Sequence record: NC_043027.1
Length of the DNA stretch: 32,000 bases
Reading direction: 5' to 3' (one strand)
Source of the DNA: Bacillus phage PBS1
Position numbers and translations under genes: made by a program. Shown piece by piece: positions 9,699-18,359 of the stretch. Positions within the stretch are counted from its first letter, which is position 1. The number at the start of each line of letters is the position of its first letter. Under the pieces are notes generated by a model, which had not been told where the DNA came from, did no database searches, and saw only the letters and a list, made by a program, of their open reading frames with translations.

Positions 9699-10259
9699 CT
9701 AGAGACGATTATATTTGAGTGCCATTAATATTGAAGATTTACTAGCTTTATAGATTTTATTATCCACTATTAAATTAAGAGCTTCCTCTTTTGTAAATGC
9801 TTTTACTTCTCCAATTTCACCTTTTTGTGGAATAATATCATCAATAGTTGATCTCTTTAACCTAGTAATAAAAGTAAAATCCCTTTTATATTTAATCTGA
9901 CCTCTCTTTAAATAAAACTTATCAGTATAATCAACAAGTTCAACTGTATAAGTTTGTATACCTGCCTTAATTCCAAATTCTTCTTCTAACTCTCTTAAAG
10001 CACATCTCATTGGTGATTCTCCTTTTTCAAGACCACCTCCGGGAATTGTCCATTTATATTCTTCTTCACCATTTGCAATTTTCTCATGTACAAAATCTGG
10101 TAAGTCTGTTCTTGTTCCCAAAATAATTCTATCTTTATCATCTAGTAAAATAATACCACAACCAATATCTCTAAAACTACTATTGACCTTCTTGTTAACT
10201 GTGATATCTTTTACTTTCTCAAAGATTGAGATATCACTATCTTTTCTTTTTGGAATCAT
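9699..10259 (-). CDS. Nudix hydrolase
   Basis: Nudix box GGGLEKGESPMRCALRELEEEFGI. Confidence 0.9.
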   Translation of the reverse strand: MIPKRKDSDISIFEKVKDITVNKKVNSSFRDIGCGIILLDDKDRIILGTRTDLPDFVHEKIANGEEEYKWTIPGGGLEKGESPMRCALRELEEEFGIKAGIQTYTVELVDYTDKFYLKRGQIKYKRDFTFITRLKRSTIDDIIPQKGEIGEVKAFTKEEALNLIVDNKIYKASKSSILMALKYNRL

Positions 10260-10565
10260 AATTATATTTCTCCTTTTTAAATTATTCTTTTTAATAATAT
10301 ATATTTAATGACTAATTTAAATAATTCTTTCTTACATACATTAATTGGTTATGTATTTTTTATAAATAATAAAAGATATCATTTTATATAACAACATGTT
10401 ATATATTTGAATATCCTTTATTATTATTTTATTAAATAATATTTTTTTTTATTAATCCTTCCCTAAAAACCCCTATTATTAATTTTGTTTATTTTTTTAT
10501 TTGCTTAAAAAAATTAGAGAATGGAACATTATATTAAATTTGATGGGAAGGATTGAGATTAGATC

Positions 10566-11894
10566 ATGAGCAATAAAACTTTTGTCTTAGATACATCAGT
10601 ACTATGTCATTACCCTGAATCATTATTTTCTTTTGAGGATAATAAGATTGTAATAACAGAAACAGTTATTGAAGAATTAAGTAAGCGTAGAAAATCAAGT
10701 GATGAATCAGGAAAAAATGCTCGTGATGCTATTAGATATATTAATGAACTGAGTAAGCAAGGCAATATTACTGAAGGTATAGAGATGGATAATGAGGGTA
10801 TTATTGTCATTGAAACTAATTATGCTGATATTGAAATGCCAGATGGCTGGAATAAAAATGATAATGATAATAAAATGCTTCAAGTCTGTCAATATTTAAT
10901 AAATCAAGGTGAAGATGTACATTTTGTAACAAAAAGTCCTTTAAGAAGTCTTAAGGCAACTATTCTTGAGATTCAAAATGAAGATTTTATTACTGATAGA
11001 GTTGAAGATGAATATTCAGGTAGACGAGATATCTTATTAACAGAAGATGATCTAAATTTATTCTTCTCTGAAGGCACTATCGATACATTAACAACTGAAA
11101 TGTATGATATGGACGGTAATATTATTGATCCTAGTATCTTAACAGAGAATGAATATATTACCCTAATGTCAAATACAGATTTAAATCAAACGGGTTTAGG
11201 TTACTATACAAATGGTTATATTAAAAAGTTAATTTTTGGAGAATATAATCCTTATCAAGTCCAACCTAAAAATGCGGCTCAAAGATTTGCTATTGATGCA
11301 TTAATGCAAACTCCAAAAGAAACACCATTGGTAATACTAAAAGGTCCAGCAGGAACAGCTAAAACTTTTCTATCAATTGCTTCAGCACTAGATACAGTAG
11401 TTGATAGACAAGAATATAGACGGATTTTAGTTTGTAGACCAAATGTTTTAATGGAAGAAACACTTGGATTCCTTCCGGGAGATGAAAATGAAAAAATAGC
11501 ACCATTAATGCGCCCTATTATGGATAATTTAGAAGTATTAATTGATGAACAATCAGTAATAAATAATCTATTTGAAACAGAAACTATCGTTACCCAAGCA
11601 GTTGGATACTTACGAGGAAGATCTATTCCTAATACTTTTATTATTATAGATGAAGCACAAAATGTTACACCTAAAGCAATGAAAGGTATTCTTTCTCGTG
11701 TTGGTTATGGTACAAAAATTGTTATTTGTGGAGATACTGATCAGATTGATCATCCTTATTTAACTAAAGCTGTTAATGGTTTAGCATATGCTTCTGATAA
11801 AATGAAAGGTAGTTCACTTTGCAGACAAATCACTTTTAAAACTGAAGAAAATCAAAGATCTCCTTTAGCTCAAGAAGTAACAGAACGATTATAA
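10566..11894 (+). CDS. phoH: PhoH-like ATPase with N-terminal PIN domain
   Basis: PIN start KTFVLDTSVLCHYP...VIEELSKRRKS; Walker A LKGPAGTAKTFLS; IIDEAQN; ICGDTDQID typical of PhoH family. Confidence 0.9.
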   Translation: MSNKTFVLDTSVLCHYPESLFSFEDNKIVITETVIEELSKRRKSSDESGKNARDAIRYINELSKQGNITEGIEMDNEGIIVIETNYADIEMPDGWNKNDNDNKMLQVCQYLINQGEDVHFVTKSPLRSLKATILEIQNEDFITDRVEDEYSGRRDILLTEDDLNLFFSEGTIDTLTTEMYDMDGNIIDPSILTENEYITLMSNTDLNQTGLGYYTNGYIKKLIFGEYNPYQVQPKNAAQRFAIDALMQTPKETPLVILKGPAGTAKTFLSIASALDTVVDRQEYRRILVCRPNVLMEETLGFLPGDENEKIAPLMRPIMDNLEVLIDEQSVINNLFETETIVTQAVGYLRGRSIPNTFIIIDEAQNVTPKAMKGILSRVGYGTKIVICGDTDQIDHPYLTKAVNGLAYASDKMKGSSLCRQITFKTEENQRSPLAQEVTERL

Positions 11895-11952
11895 GAAAAA
11901 CAAGGATTTGGTGGTTAATTATACCGCTGAATCCTTGTTTTTCCTATTTTTT
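11895..11952 (+). terminator. Rho-independent-like terminator after phoH-like gene
   Basis: gaaaaacaaggatt (11895-11908) pairs aatccttgtttttc (11930-11943), followed by ctatttttt. Confidence 0.8.
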
Positions 11953-12011
11953 AACAAAACAATGCATTATAGGAATCTACAAATAGAATGTTGATATAAG
12001 GGGGATTAAAC

Positions 12012-12446
12012 TTGAGCAGAGAGAAAATTTTAAAGGAGACATTGCTTCTTAATTCATTATTAGAAGCAAAAGTAATATCAAGAGAAAATGTTTTATTAAA
12101 AATCGAAAAAATGGTAAATAGTATGAACCCGCCACCTAAAAAGGTTATTTTTAGAGCAGTAAAAGATAAACAAGATAACTTAATAGATATAGAAGTTGTT
12201 GAACCGCAAAGATATGGAAAAGAGAAAACACTAATGAGCATTCAAAATGTTTTTACAACTGATTCAATTGAAAATACTCTAAGTGATATTGAGGCATCTT
12301 TTAAACTTGCAAATGAGTTTAAACCTATATTTAAAAAGGCAACTTTAAGAAAAAAGAAAAATAATACTGAGTTCTATTTTTCATTTCATGATAATAGACG
12401 TGTTTACAATCTTGAGACAGAAAAGTGGGAGAAAATGATAATGTAA
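12012..12446 (+). CDS. Hypothetical protein
   Basis: 144-aa ORF, TTG start preceded by aaggggga. Confidence 0.7.
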   Translation: MSREKILKETLLLNSLLEAKVISRENVLLKIEKMVNSMNPPPKKVIFRAVKDKQDNLIDIEVVEPQRYGKEKTLMSIQNVFTTDSIENTLSDIEASFKLANEFKPIFKKATLRKKKNNTEFYFSFHDNRRVYNLETEKWEKMIM

Positions 12447-12449
12447 ATG

Positions 12450-12489
12450 AAATAACAGTTAAGTGATTTTAAACACTTAACTGTTATTT
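12450..12489. terminator. Perfect 16-bp hairpin between convergent genes
   Basis: aaataacagttaagtg / attttaaa / cacttaactgttattt. Confidence 0.7.
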
Positions 12490-12493
12490 ATAA

Positions 12494-12916
12494 TTATTTC
12501 ATTTTACCCTTCATATTTAGAAGTGGTTTAAAATTAACTTTAACTGTTTTAATTTTACCATCTTTAGATCTATACAAAGCGTATACAGTTCTCATAGAAC
12601 CTTTAGCTGTTGGACCTTCTTCTGTAATAACTACTTGACCATTAAAGGTTTTGAAGTTTTGAGTAGAGATCTTGGTGAGTTTTCCTATAGAAAATGTACT
12701 TTTCATACTACTTGAGAATAATGCTTTTAGTTCTTCTGAGTCTTTTAATTCATTAACACTTTTTACTGGCGTTAATCCTTTCTTTTGAGCCTTAGCGTTT
12801 GTTTCTTTAAGAGCAATTTCAATAGCTTTTTTAAGATCAGGCGCTCCTTTACTTACACGAATTGCTTCATTAAACATAAATGAAGACTCAACTAATTTTA
12901 ACTGTTTTTCATTCAT
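12494..12916 (-). CDS. Hypothetical protein
   Basis: 140-aa ORF with ggaggtt SD on minus strand. Confidence 0.7.
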   Translation of the reverse strand: MNEKQLKLVESSFMFNEAIRVSKGAPDLKKAIEIALKETNAKAQKKGLTPVKSVNELKDSEELKALFSSSMKSTFSIGKLTKISTQNFKTFNGQVVITEEGPTAKGSMRTVYALYRSKDGKIKTVKVNFKPLLNMKGKMK

Positions 12917-13002
12917 ATGAAAACCTCCAATATGTGATATAATATATTGTTTATTGAAGAAGACAACAATTAATTATAGACTAGATAAGTAGGAGGATTA
13001 TT

Positions 13003-14244
13003 ATGTCATTTTTTAAAGGTATTCGGAACATAGAAAGAGTTCAATATGATCTAGTACAATATTGTGACAAGGAATTTGTTCCAAAATTTATAGCAAGTCA
13101 AAATATTGATGAAGATAAATTATACGATACTATTGATTTTAGTTTACAGTTAGCTGAAAAATTACATTTAGATTACAATATGTGTTTTACAATTGCAGTA
13201 ATGCATGATTTTGGTTATATTGAAGAAGATGAAAATAATTTTAATACATTAATGAGCATAAAAGCAGATCAATTTTTGTTAAGATATTTTGATGGAAGTC
13301 AAATGGAGATTATTGAATCTGCTTGTAAAGAACACGATGGTACAAGTAGAGAAACAGGAATATTTACATCTTTATATTCAAAGGTTATTGCAGATGCAGA
13401 TAGGATGTCAATATTGAGAATTGAAGCTATGATTCGTCATTATTGGAAATTCTATTCTAATCAAAAGGCATTCTCTAATACAGATGAGCGTCCTAATAAA
13501 CTAACAGATAAAGAAATTTTTGATAAGATGTATAGTTTTCTAAAAAAAGAGTATGGTACAATTGTATCAAAAAATAAATTATTATTAGAAGCATCAAGAG
13601 AAATGATGAAAGATGAAATAGAGAATTCTAATAAAGTATTAAGCTCTGAAGAAGATACAAAAAGAATGGTTCTACATTTAGCTACTTATGGGGAAATTCA
13701 AATAAATAATGATGGAACGCTTACCGTAGAAAAAATAACTAAAGAGCCAATCAGTGAATCAGATCCTTTTGAATTATTTGAAAAAAATATAAAAGAATCA
13801 GTAGATGAACAACTACTAGAAGCCGCACCAAAGAATCTATCAAAGAGACAAAAGGTAGAAGATTTAATATATAAGGTACTTTCAATTTTAGATGATACTG
13901 GAGCTAACTTGAGAAAATATAAAGAGTTCTTTGGTAAAATGAATGATGAACAATTTGATAGATATATGAAAAAATTCCTAAAAGATGAAGATGAAAATTT
14001 TTATCTTGAAATTTTACCTAATAAAAGTGAACCTTCATTAAAGCAAATTAAAAAAGCACTAGATATCTTAAAAGTACCAACTGATGAGTATGTATATCTT
14101 CGACATGATGGTCATAAAAATGATCCTATTAGAACTGCATATAAAGTACCTGTTGGTTATATTACAATTAAGCGAGTACAACAAATTCTAAGTAAAAAGA
14201 ATACTTATTCTCTTGATATTGCACAAAGAAACATGAAATCGGGT
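13003..14244 (+). CDS. Exon 1 of intron-split gene: HD-domain N-terminus plus start of an RNA polymerase beta C-terminal-like module
   Basis: aggagg SD; HD motifs (AVMHDFGY, KEHDGTSRET, VIADADRMS); C-terminal YKVPVGYITIKRVQQILSKKNTYSLDIAQRNMKSG resembles RpoB [37 protein letters not shown]. ORF track extends to 14274 by reading into the intron. Confidence 0.8.
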
Positions 14245-15496
14245 TATAATTGGCTCTCCATTATAGCAATATAATGGCAAACACTCTCCTTAATTTCTGG
14301 GATATCCTAATTTTTAGGACAATCAGAAGCGAATTTGAATAAAAACCTAACATTTAATTAACTAAAAATGAGGTTAGGTTGGTGGAAATCATGGATTTAA
14401 AAAAGACTGTAAACGAATTAAATAAAGATTTTATTTTTATAAGTGGTATATTTAATGGTTATAAGAACACTATGATTGAGGTTAAACACAAAGTATGTGG
14501 GAAAAAATTCAATACAAATTATAGAAATTTTAGACGAAACCAAAGATGTCATTATTGTTCTCCTTTAAAAAACTCAAAATTAACTCATAGTTCTTTTATT
14601 AAAAAAGTAAAAGATAAATATAATGATGAATACACCATATTAGGTAATTATATAAATAACCGGACACATTTACCAGTTAAACATAATAAATGTGGAAATA
14701 AATGGGAAGTAAGACCTGATAATCTTCTCAATGGATATGGTTGTAATATCTGTGGAGGAAGTAAGAAACTTACAACTGAAGAATTTAAGGAAAAAGTCTT
14801 TGAAATAGTTGGTGACGAATATTCAGTTCTCTCAGAATATAAGAATAGTGAAACTAAAATTTTAATGAGACATGAAAAATGTGGTTATGAATGGTTAATT
14901 AGACCAATTAATTTCACTACATGCTATAATAGATGTCCTAATTGTAGAAATATATCTGATGGGGAATCTAAAATAAGAGAATGGTTGGAGAACAAGAATC
15001 TTTCTTATGAGACTGAATTTTCAATGAAAAAATGCAGAGATAAAAGACCTTTAAGATTTGATTTTAAGGTATCTTTGAATAATGAGACTTTTTGTTTAAT
15101 TGAATTTGATGGAAAACAACATTTTAAAACTGGTGGATTTATTAATGAGAGTTATATAGAAGGAGTAAGAAAAAGAGATAAAATAAAAAATGATTTCTGT
15201 AATAAAAATAATATACCACTATTAAGAATTCGTTATACAGAATTTAATGAAATCAATGATATTCTAGAGAATTTTATTCAAAACGTTCAACGACTATCCG
15301 AAAGCAATCATACGATTGTGAGTAGCGGTGAAATTCCGCAATAGGAGTACGGCTCAAGCTATTGGAGTGGGTGAGAATCCCTTAAATGGAAACAGGAGGT
15401 ATCCTTAACGGATAAAGATATAGTCTCGTCTCTATGGTAACATAGAGCAGTTCATAAGAGAACGCAGTAGATGTAGCGAGTCTACTGGAAGATACG
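14245..15496 (+). other. Group I intron 1 (IA-like) with endonuclease ORF
   Basis: Core elements: P (taatttctggga, ~14291), Q (aatcagaagcg, 14321), R (gttcaacgactatcc, 15285-15299), S (aagatatagtct, 15415-15426). P7 pairing GACTAT(15292-15297)/ATAGTC(15420-15425). GNRA-type hairpin ccattata-gcaa-tataatgg (14258-14277). P1 GGGT|..GCTC, P10 TTG/CAA. Confidence 0.85.
14379..15344 (+). CDS. Intron-encoded homing endonuclease, zinc-ribbon repeats plus EDxHD/Vsr-like nuclease domain
   Basis: Three repeats of (HxxCGxxxxxxxxxxxxxxxxxxCxxC) type; C-terminal RFDFKVSLNNETFCLIEFDGKQHF...RDKIKNDFCNKNNIPLLRIRY. TTG at 14379 or GTG/ATG shortly downstream (ATG 14391) as start. Confidence 0.8.
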   Translation: MVEIMDLKKTVNELNKDFIFISGIFNGYKNTMIEVKHKVCGKKFNTNYRNFRRNQRCHYCSPLKNSKLTHSSFIKKVKDKYNDEYTILGNYINNRTHLPVKHNKCGNKWEVRPDNLLNGYGCNICGGSKKLTTEEFKEKVFEIVGDEYSVLSEYKNSETKILMRHEKCGYEWLIRPINFTTCYNRCPNCRNISDGESKIREWLENKNLSYETEFSMKKCRDKRPLRFDFKVSLNNETFCLIEFDGKQHFKTGGFINESYIEGVRKRDKIKNDFCNKNNIPLLRIRYTEFNEINDILENFIQNVQRLSESNHTIVSSGEIPQ

Positions 15497-15604
15497 CAAG
15501 TTACAGGTAATGACAAAATTGCCAGAATATCTGATATTGAATCATATAGTCTTGTTGCTATAGGAGCTGATAATGCTTTAAAAGAATTCCTTGGACCACG
15601 AGCT
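15497..15604 (+). CDS. Exon 2 (36 codons) of the split HD/RNAP beta-like gene
   Basis: QVTGNDKIARISDIESYSLVAIGADNALKEFLGPRA; matches RpoB pattern [36 protein letters not shown]; phase 0 on both sides. Confidence 0.8.
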
Positions 15605-17035
15605 AGATTATTGGCTCGTAATTTCCTTAATTGCTGGAAACTCCTTAGAGCTTATTAGACCACAACGTGACTGGTAACAGTGAGCGTGAAGGTTATAAGA
15701 ACTAATAAGATTGGACAATCAGCAGCTAAGCTTTTATATAATTCTTTAAAAGAGCTGACAATGCTAAAACAAAAATATATTTAAATTTAGTGTTGGAGGT
15801 AATTAAATTTTATGCCTAGAAGAAAAAGCAATGAGGAATTTATGAATGAAGTTATAGAGTTAGTAGGGGAAGAATATACATTTTTAGAGAAGTATGTACG
15901 ATCACTGACTAAAATAAAGGTAAAGCATAATATTTGTAATAATATATACATGGTTACTCCTAATGATTTCCTAAATGGTGGAAAAAGATGTCCTAAATGT
16001 ACTGTTCAAAAAATGGCTGATCGGTCAAGAATGACAAATGAGGAATTCATTAATAGAGTAAAAAAAGTAACTAAAAATGATTATACCTTTCTAGAAAAAT
16101 ATAATGGTACTAATAACAATTTAAAAGTAATTCATAATATTTGTGGATATAAATATTGTGTATCACCTAATAATTTCCTAAATGGTGGAAAAAGATGTCC
16201 TAAATGTGCTAATAATATTAAAAGAACAAATAAGGAATTCGTTAATGAAATTAGCAAATTAGTAGGAGAAGAATATACTTTTTTAGATGAGTATATAAAT
16301 ACTGATACGCCTATAAAAATTATTCATAATATTTGTGGTCATAAATATAAAACTTCCCCTAAAGAGTTTATTCATAGAAATTCTCGTTGTCCAAAGTGTA
16401 ATTTTCTTAATAATGAATCTTTCTTTTCTAAAGTTATAAAAAAGACATTAAATGAATTAAATATTTATTTTATTCAAGAATATTCTATTAGAGAGTTGGG
16501 TAAAGGTAAAAAATTTGATTTTTATATACCTAGTTTAAACCTATTAATAGAGTATGATGGTAGCCAACATTTCCACCAAAAATTTAATGATAAAAATGGT
16601 TTCTTGTCACAGATAAAAAGAGACCAAGAAAAGAATGATTTTATAAAAAATAGTGAATACACTTTGATTAGAATAAGTTACAAAATCAATAAAAACCTAG
16701 ACATAATAATTAAAGAATTAATAAAAGAAAGTTCAACGACTATCGAAAAATATAATCTATTATTAATTAATAAAAATAATGTAGTAAATTTTAACAAATA
16801 TTACAAGAATGCTAATATTAATTATTTTGATTATATTAAGTAGAGTACCCTACAAGCTATTGGTAGTATACTTCTGGGATGAAGTATAGTATAGAAAATT
16901 TTCTATATTGGGAAACAGGAAACTTAGAAGATATAGTCTCAACTTCTATGGAAACATAGAGCAGTTCATTAATACTATTTTAAATAGTATTATGAGAACG
17001 CAATGAGTGTAGCGAGCTCATTGGAAGATAACTTG
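15605..17035 (+). other. Group I intron 2 (IA-like) with endonuclease ORF
   Basis: P (aattgctggaaa, 15629-15640), Q (aatcagcagctaag, 15717-15730), R (gttcaacgactatcg, 16731-16745), S (aagatatagtct, 16928-16939); P7 GACTAT/ATAGTC. P1: CGAGCT| (15599-15604) with GGCTCG (15613-15618), terminal U.G; P10: TTATT (15608-15612) with exon GATAA (17036-17040). Confidence 0.9.
15812..16843 (+). CDS. Intron-encoded homing endonuclease, zinc-ribbon repeats plus EDxHD/Vsr-like nuclease domain
   Basis: ggagg SD; three ~70-aa zinc-ribbon repeats (EEYTFLEKY...HNICxxxYxxxPxxFLNGGKRCPKC); C-terminal KFDFYIPSLNLLIEYDGSQHF...IKRDQEKNDFIKNSEYTLIRISY. Confidence 0.85.
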   Translation: MPRRKSNEEFMNEVIELVGEEYTFLEKYVRSLTKIKVKHNICNNIYMVTPNDFLNGGKRCPKCTVQKMADRSRMTNEEFINRVKKVTKNDYTFLEKYNGTNNNLKVIHNICGYKYCVSPNNFLNGGKRCPKCANNIKRTNKEFVNEISKLVGEEYTFLDEYINTDTPIKIIHNICGHKYKTSPKEFIHRNSRCPKCNFLNNESFFSKVIKKTLNELNIYFIQEYSIRELGKGKKFDFYIPSLNLLIEYDGSQHFHQKFNDKNGFLSQIKRDQEKNDFIKNSEYTLIRISYKINKNLDIIIKELIKESSTTIEKYNLLLINKNNVVNFNKYYKNANINYFDYIK

Positions 17036-17236
17036 GATAACTCTGTAGCAAAGACAGATATGTATAAAAATATTAATTTATATGGATATACTTATCTAAA
17101 AGATTTAGGTCATGATATTACTGAAAATCAAACTCTTAATACCATGTATGTATATCTAATGGGTGCTGGATTAGGGAATGATTTATTAAAAGAGGATACT
17201 AATTTAGAAGAACTATTAGATAAAAAAGGAAAGTGA
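17036..17236 (+). CDS. Exon 3 of the split HD/RNAP beta-like gene
   Basis: DNSVAKTDMYKNINLYGYTYLKDLGHDITENQTLNTMYVYLMGAGLGNDLLKEDTNLEELLDKKGK*; resembles RpoB [17 protein letters not shown]... The ORF-track start at 17003 lies within intron sequence. Confidence 0.8.
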   Translation, partial: DNSVAKTDMYKNINLYGYTYLKDLGHDITENQTLNTMYVYLMGAGLGNDLLKEDTNLEELLDKKGK

Positions 17237-17240
17237 TATT

Positions 17241-18245
17241 ATGGAGAATAAAAGTAAAAACAATCCCCTTGAGATAAAAGGGGATTTTGTTTCATTAGCA
17301 GAAAATTTAAAATCATTTTTTTCTAAAGAATTAAAGGAAAATATTATTATTGATAAAGATAATATGCTATTAGAATATGATTCAAATTTTGAGAAAGAAT
17401 ATTCATTCCCCTCAATCAAAATTGTAGAATCCAATAATAAATTAGTTGAAAGTAAATTTAAACAAATAGAATCTAGACTAAAAGAAAATTATCAATTTAC
17501 TAATTATGATCTAAATATAGATGAGGATAAATCAAATAATATAAAGTATATTAGCCACCATTACAATTTAAAGGAAAATAAAAATGTTATCTTATCTATA
17601 AACATGATTAAGGATAATACGAGATATGATAAAATTATTGAGAGTATTAATATAAGCCTAGTATTTAGTAATCCTGTTATTACTGAAACTACACATTTGG
17701 GAATCACAAAAACTAATATTTTAGAAGAAGATTTGTTAATGGAATCAGTATTTAAAAGAAATAAATATAATAATGAATTAGAGAATATGGATCGAATAAT
17801 GCGAATTAATAGTATCTCTACTGTTAACTTATTAAATGTTTTTGATAGTAAATTAGTTAGCATGTTAGAAAGAAGATTTGGAACTTCTTTAAATGGAAAT
17901 AAAGAATATTACACTACTTACAAAAAATCTTATGAAAAGGATCTTTTATTAAGACATTTTGTAGGAGAATATAATAAATTAGTAAACAACAAAGCACTAC
18001 CAAAGCATATTAGTTTTGCTTTCTCAGGACTGTTATATAAGGGACAGATGTACCCATTGTTAATTTCTATTAATAATAATATTAATAGGGTGATTGGAGT
18101 TTACTGTTTCTTATTAAGTCCAGATACTGAAAATGAGGGTGTTTATCAGATAGGAAAAGCTGAATTATACCACTCACCAGTTGATTCATTAGCAAGTGAT
18201 ATATTAAAAGTACGTAAAGTTCTTAAGTGTTCATATTTTGGATAA
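17241..18245 (+). CDS. Hypothetical protein
   Basis: 334-aa ORF immediately downstream of exon 3. Confidence 0.75.
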   Translation: MENKSKNNPLEIKGDFVSLAENLKSFFSKELKENIIIDKDNMLLEYDSNFEKEYSFPSIKIVESNNKLVESKFKQIESRLKENYQFTNYDLNIDEDKSNNIKYISHHYNLKENKNVILSINMIKDNTRYDKIIESINISLVFSNPVITETTHLGITKTNILEEDLLMESVFKRNKYNNELENMDRIMRINSISTVNLLNVFDSKLVSMLERRFGTSLNGNKEYYTTYKKSYEKDLLLRHFVGEYNKLVNNKALPKHISFAFSGLLYKGQMYPLLISINNNINRVIGVYCFLLSPDTENEGVYQIGKAELYHSPVDSLASDILKVRKVLKCSYFG

Positions 18246-18250
18246 ATAAA

Positions 18251-18304
18251 TAATAAATGGAATATCATACGGTTTAACAGCCAAATATGATATTCCATTT
18301 ATTA
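18251..18304. terminator. Perfect 18-bp intergenic hairpin
   Basis: taataaatggaatatcat ... atgatattccatttatta; no U-tract. Confidence 0.6.
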
Positions 18305-18359
18305 AACAAATAATTAATTTCCACTAAACTATTATTATGAAAGGGGTAGAACATGAGAA

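Noticed and set aside
10610-10892. Two minus-strand ORFs (10610..10810, 10707..10892)
   Set aside because: Antisense to the PIN domain of the PhoH-like gene, whose coding evidence is strong.
11951-12241. 96-aa minus-strand ORF
   Set aside because: Antisense to 12012..12446, which has better SD support; not fully excluded but less likely.
14245-14274. C-terminal residues YNWLSIIAI* of the track ORF
   Set aside because: Interpreted as read-through into intron 1 rather than the true protein terminus.
15969-16207. Repeated 35-nt sequences considered as a CRISPR-like or mobile repeat
   Set aside because: Only two copies, inside coding sequence, and explained by duplicated zinc-ribbon modules.
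14379-16843. Considered the two Cys-rich ORFs as free-standing transposon or defence genes
   Set aside because: Both are enclosed by group I intron core elements (P, Q, R, S) and exon sequence resumes in frame after each.
17003-17035. Track start MSVASSLEDNL for the 77-aa ORF
   Set aside because: This segment is the 3' end of group I intron 2, not a genuine gene start.
17216-17863. Minus-strand ORFs 17216..17434 and 17561..17863
   Set aside because: Antisense shadows of exon 3 and 17241..18245.
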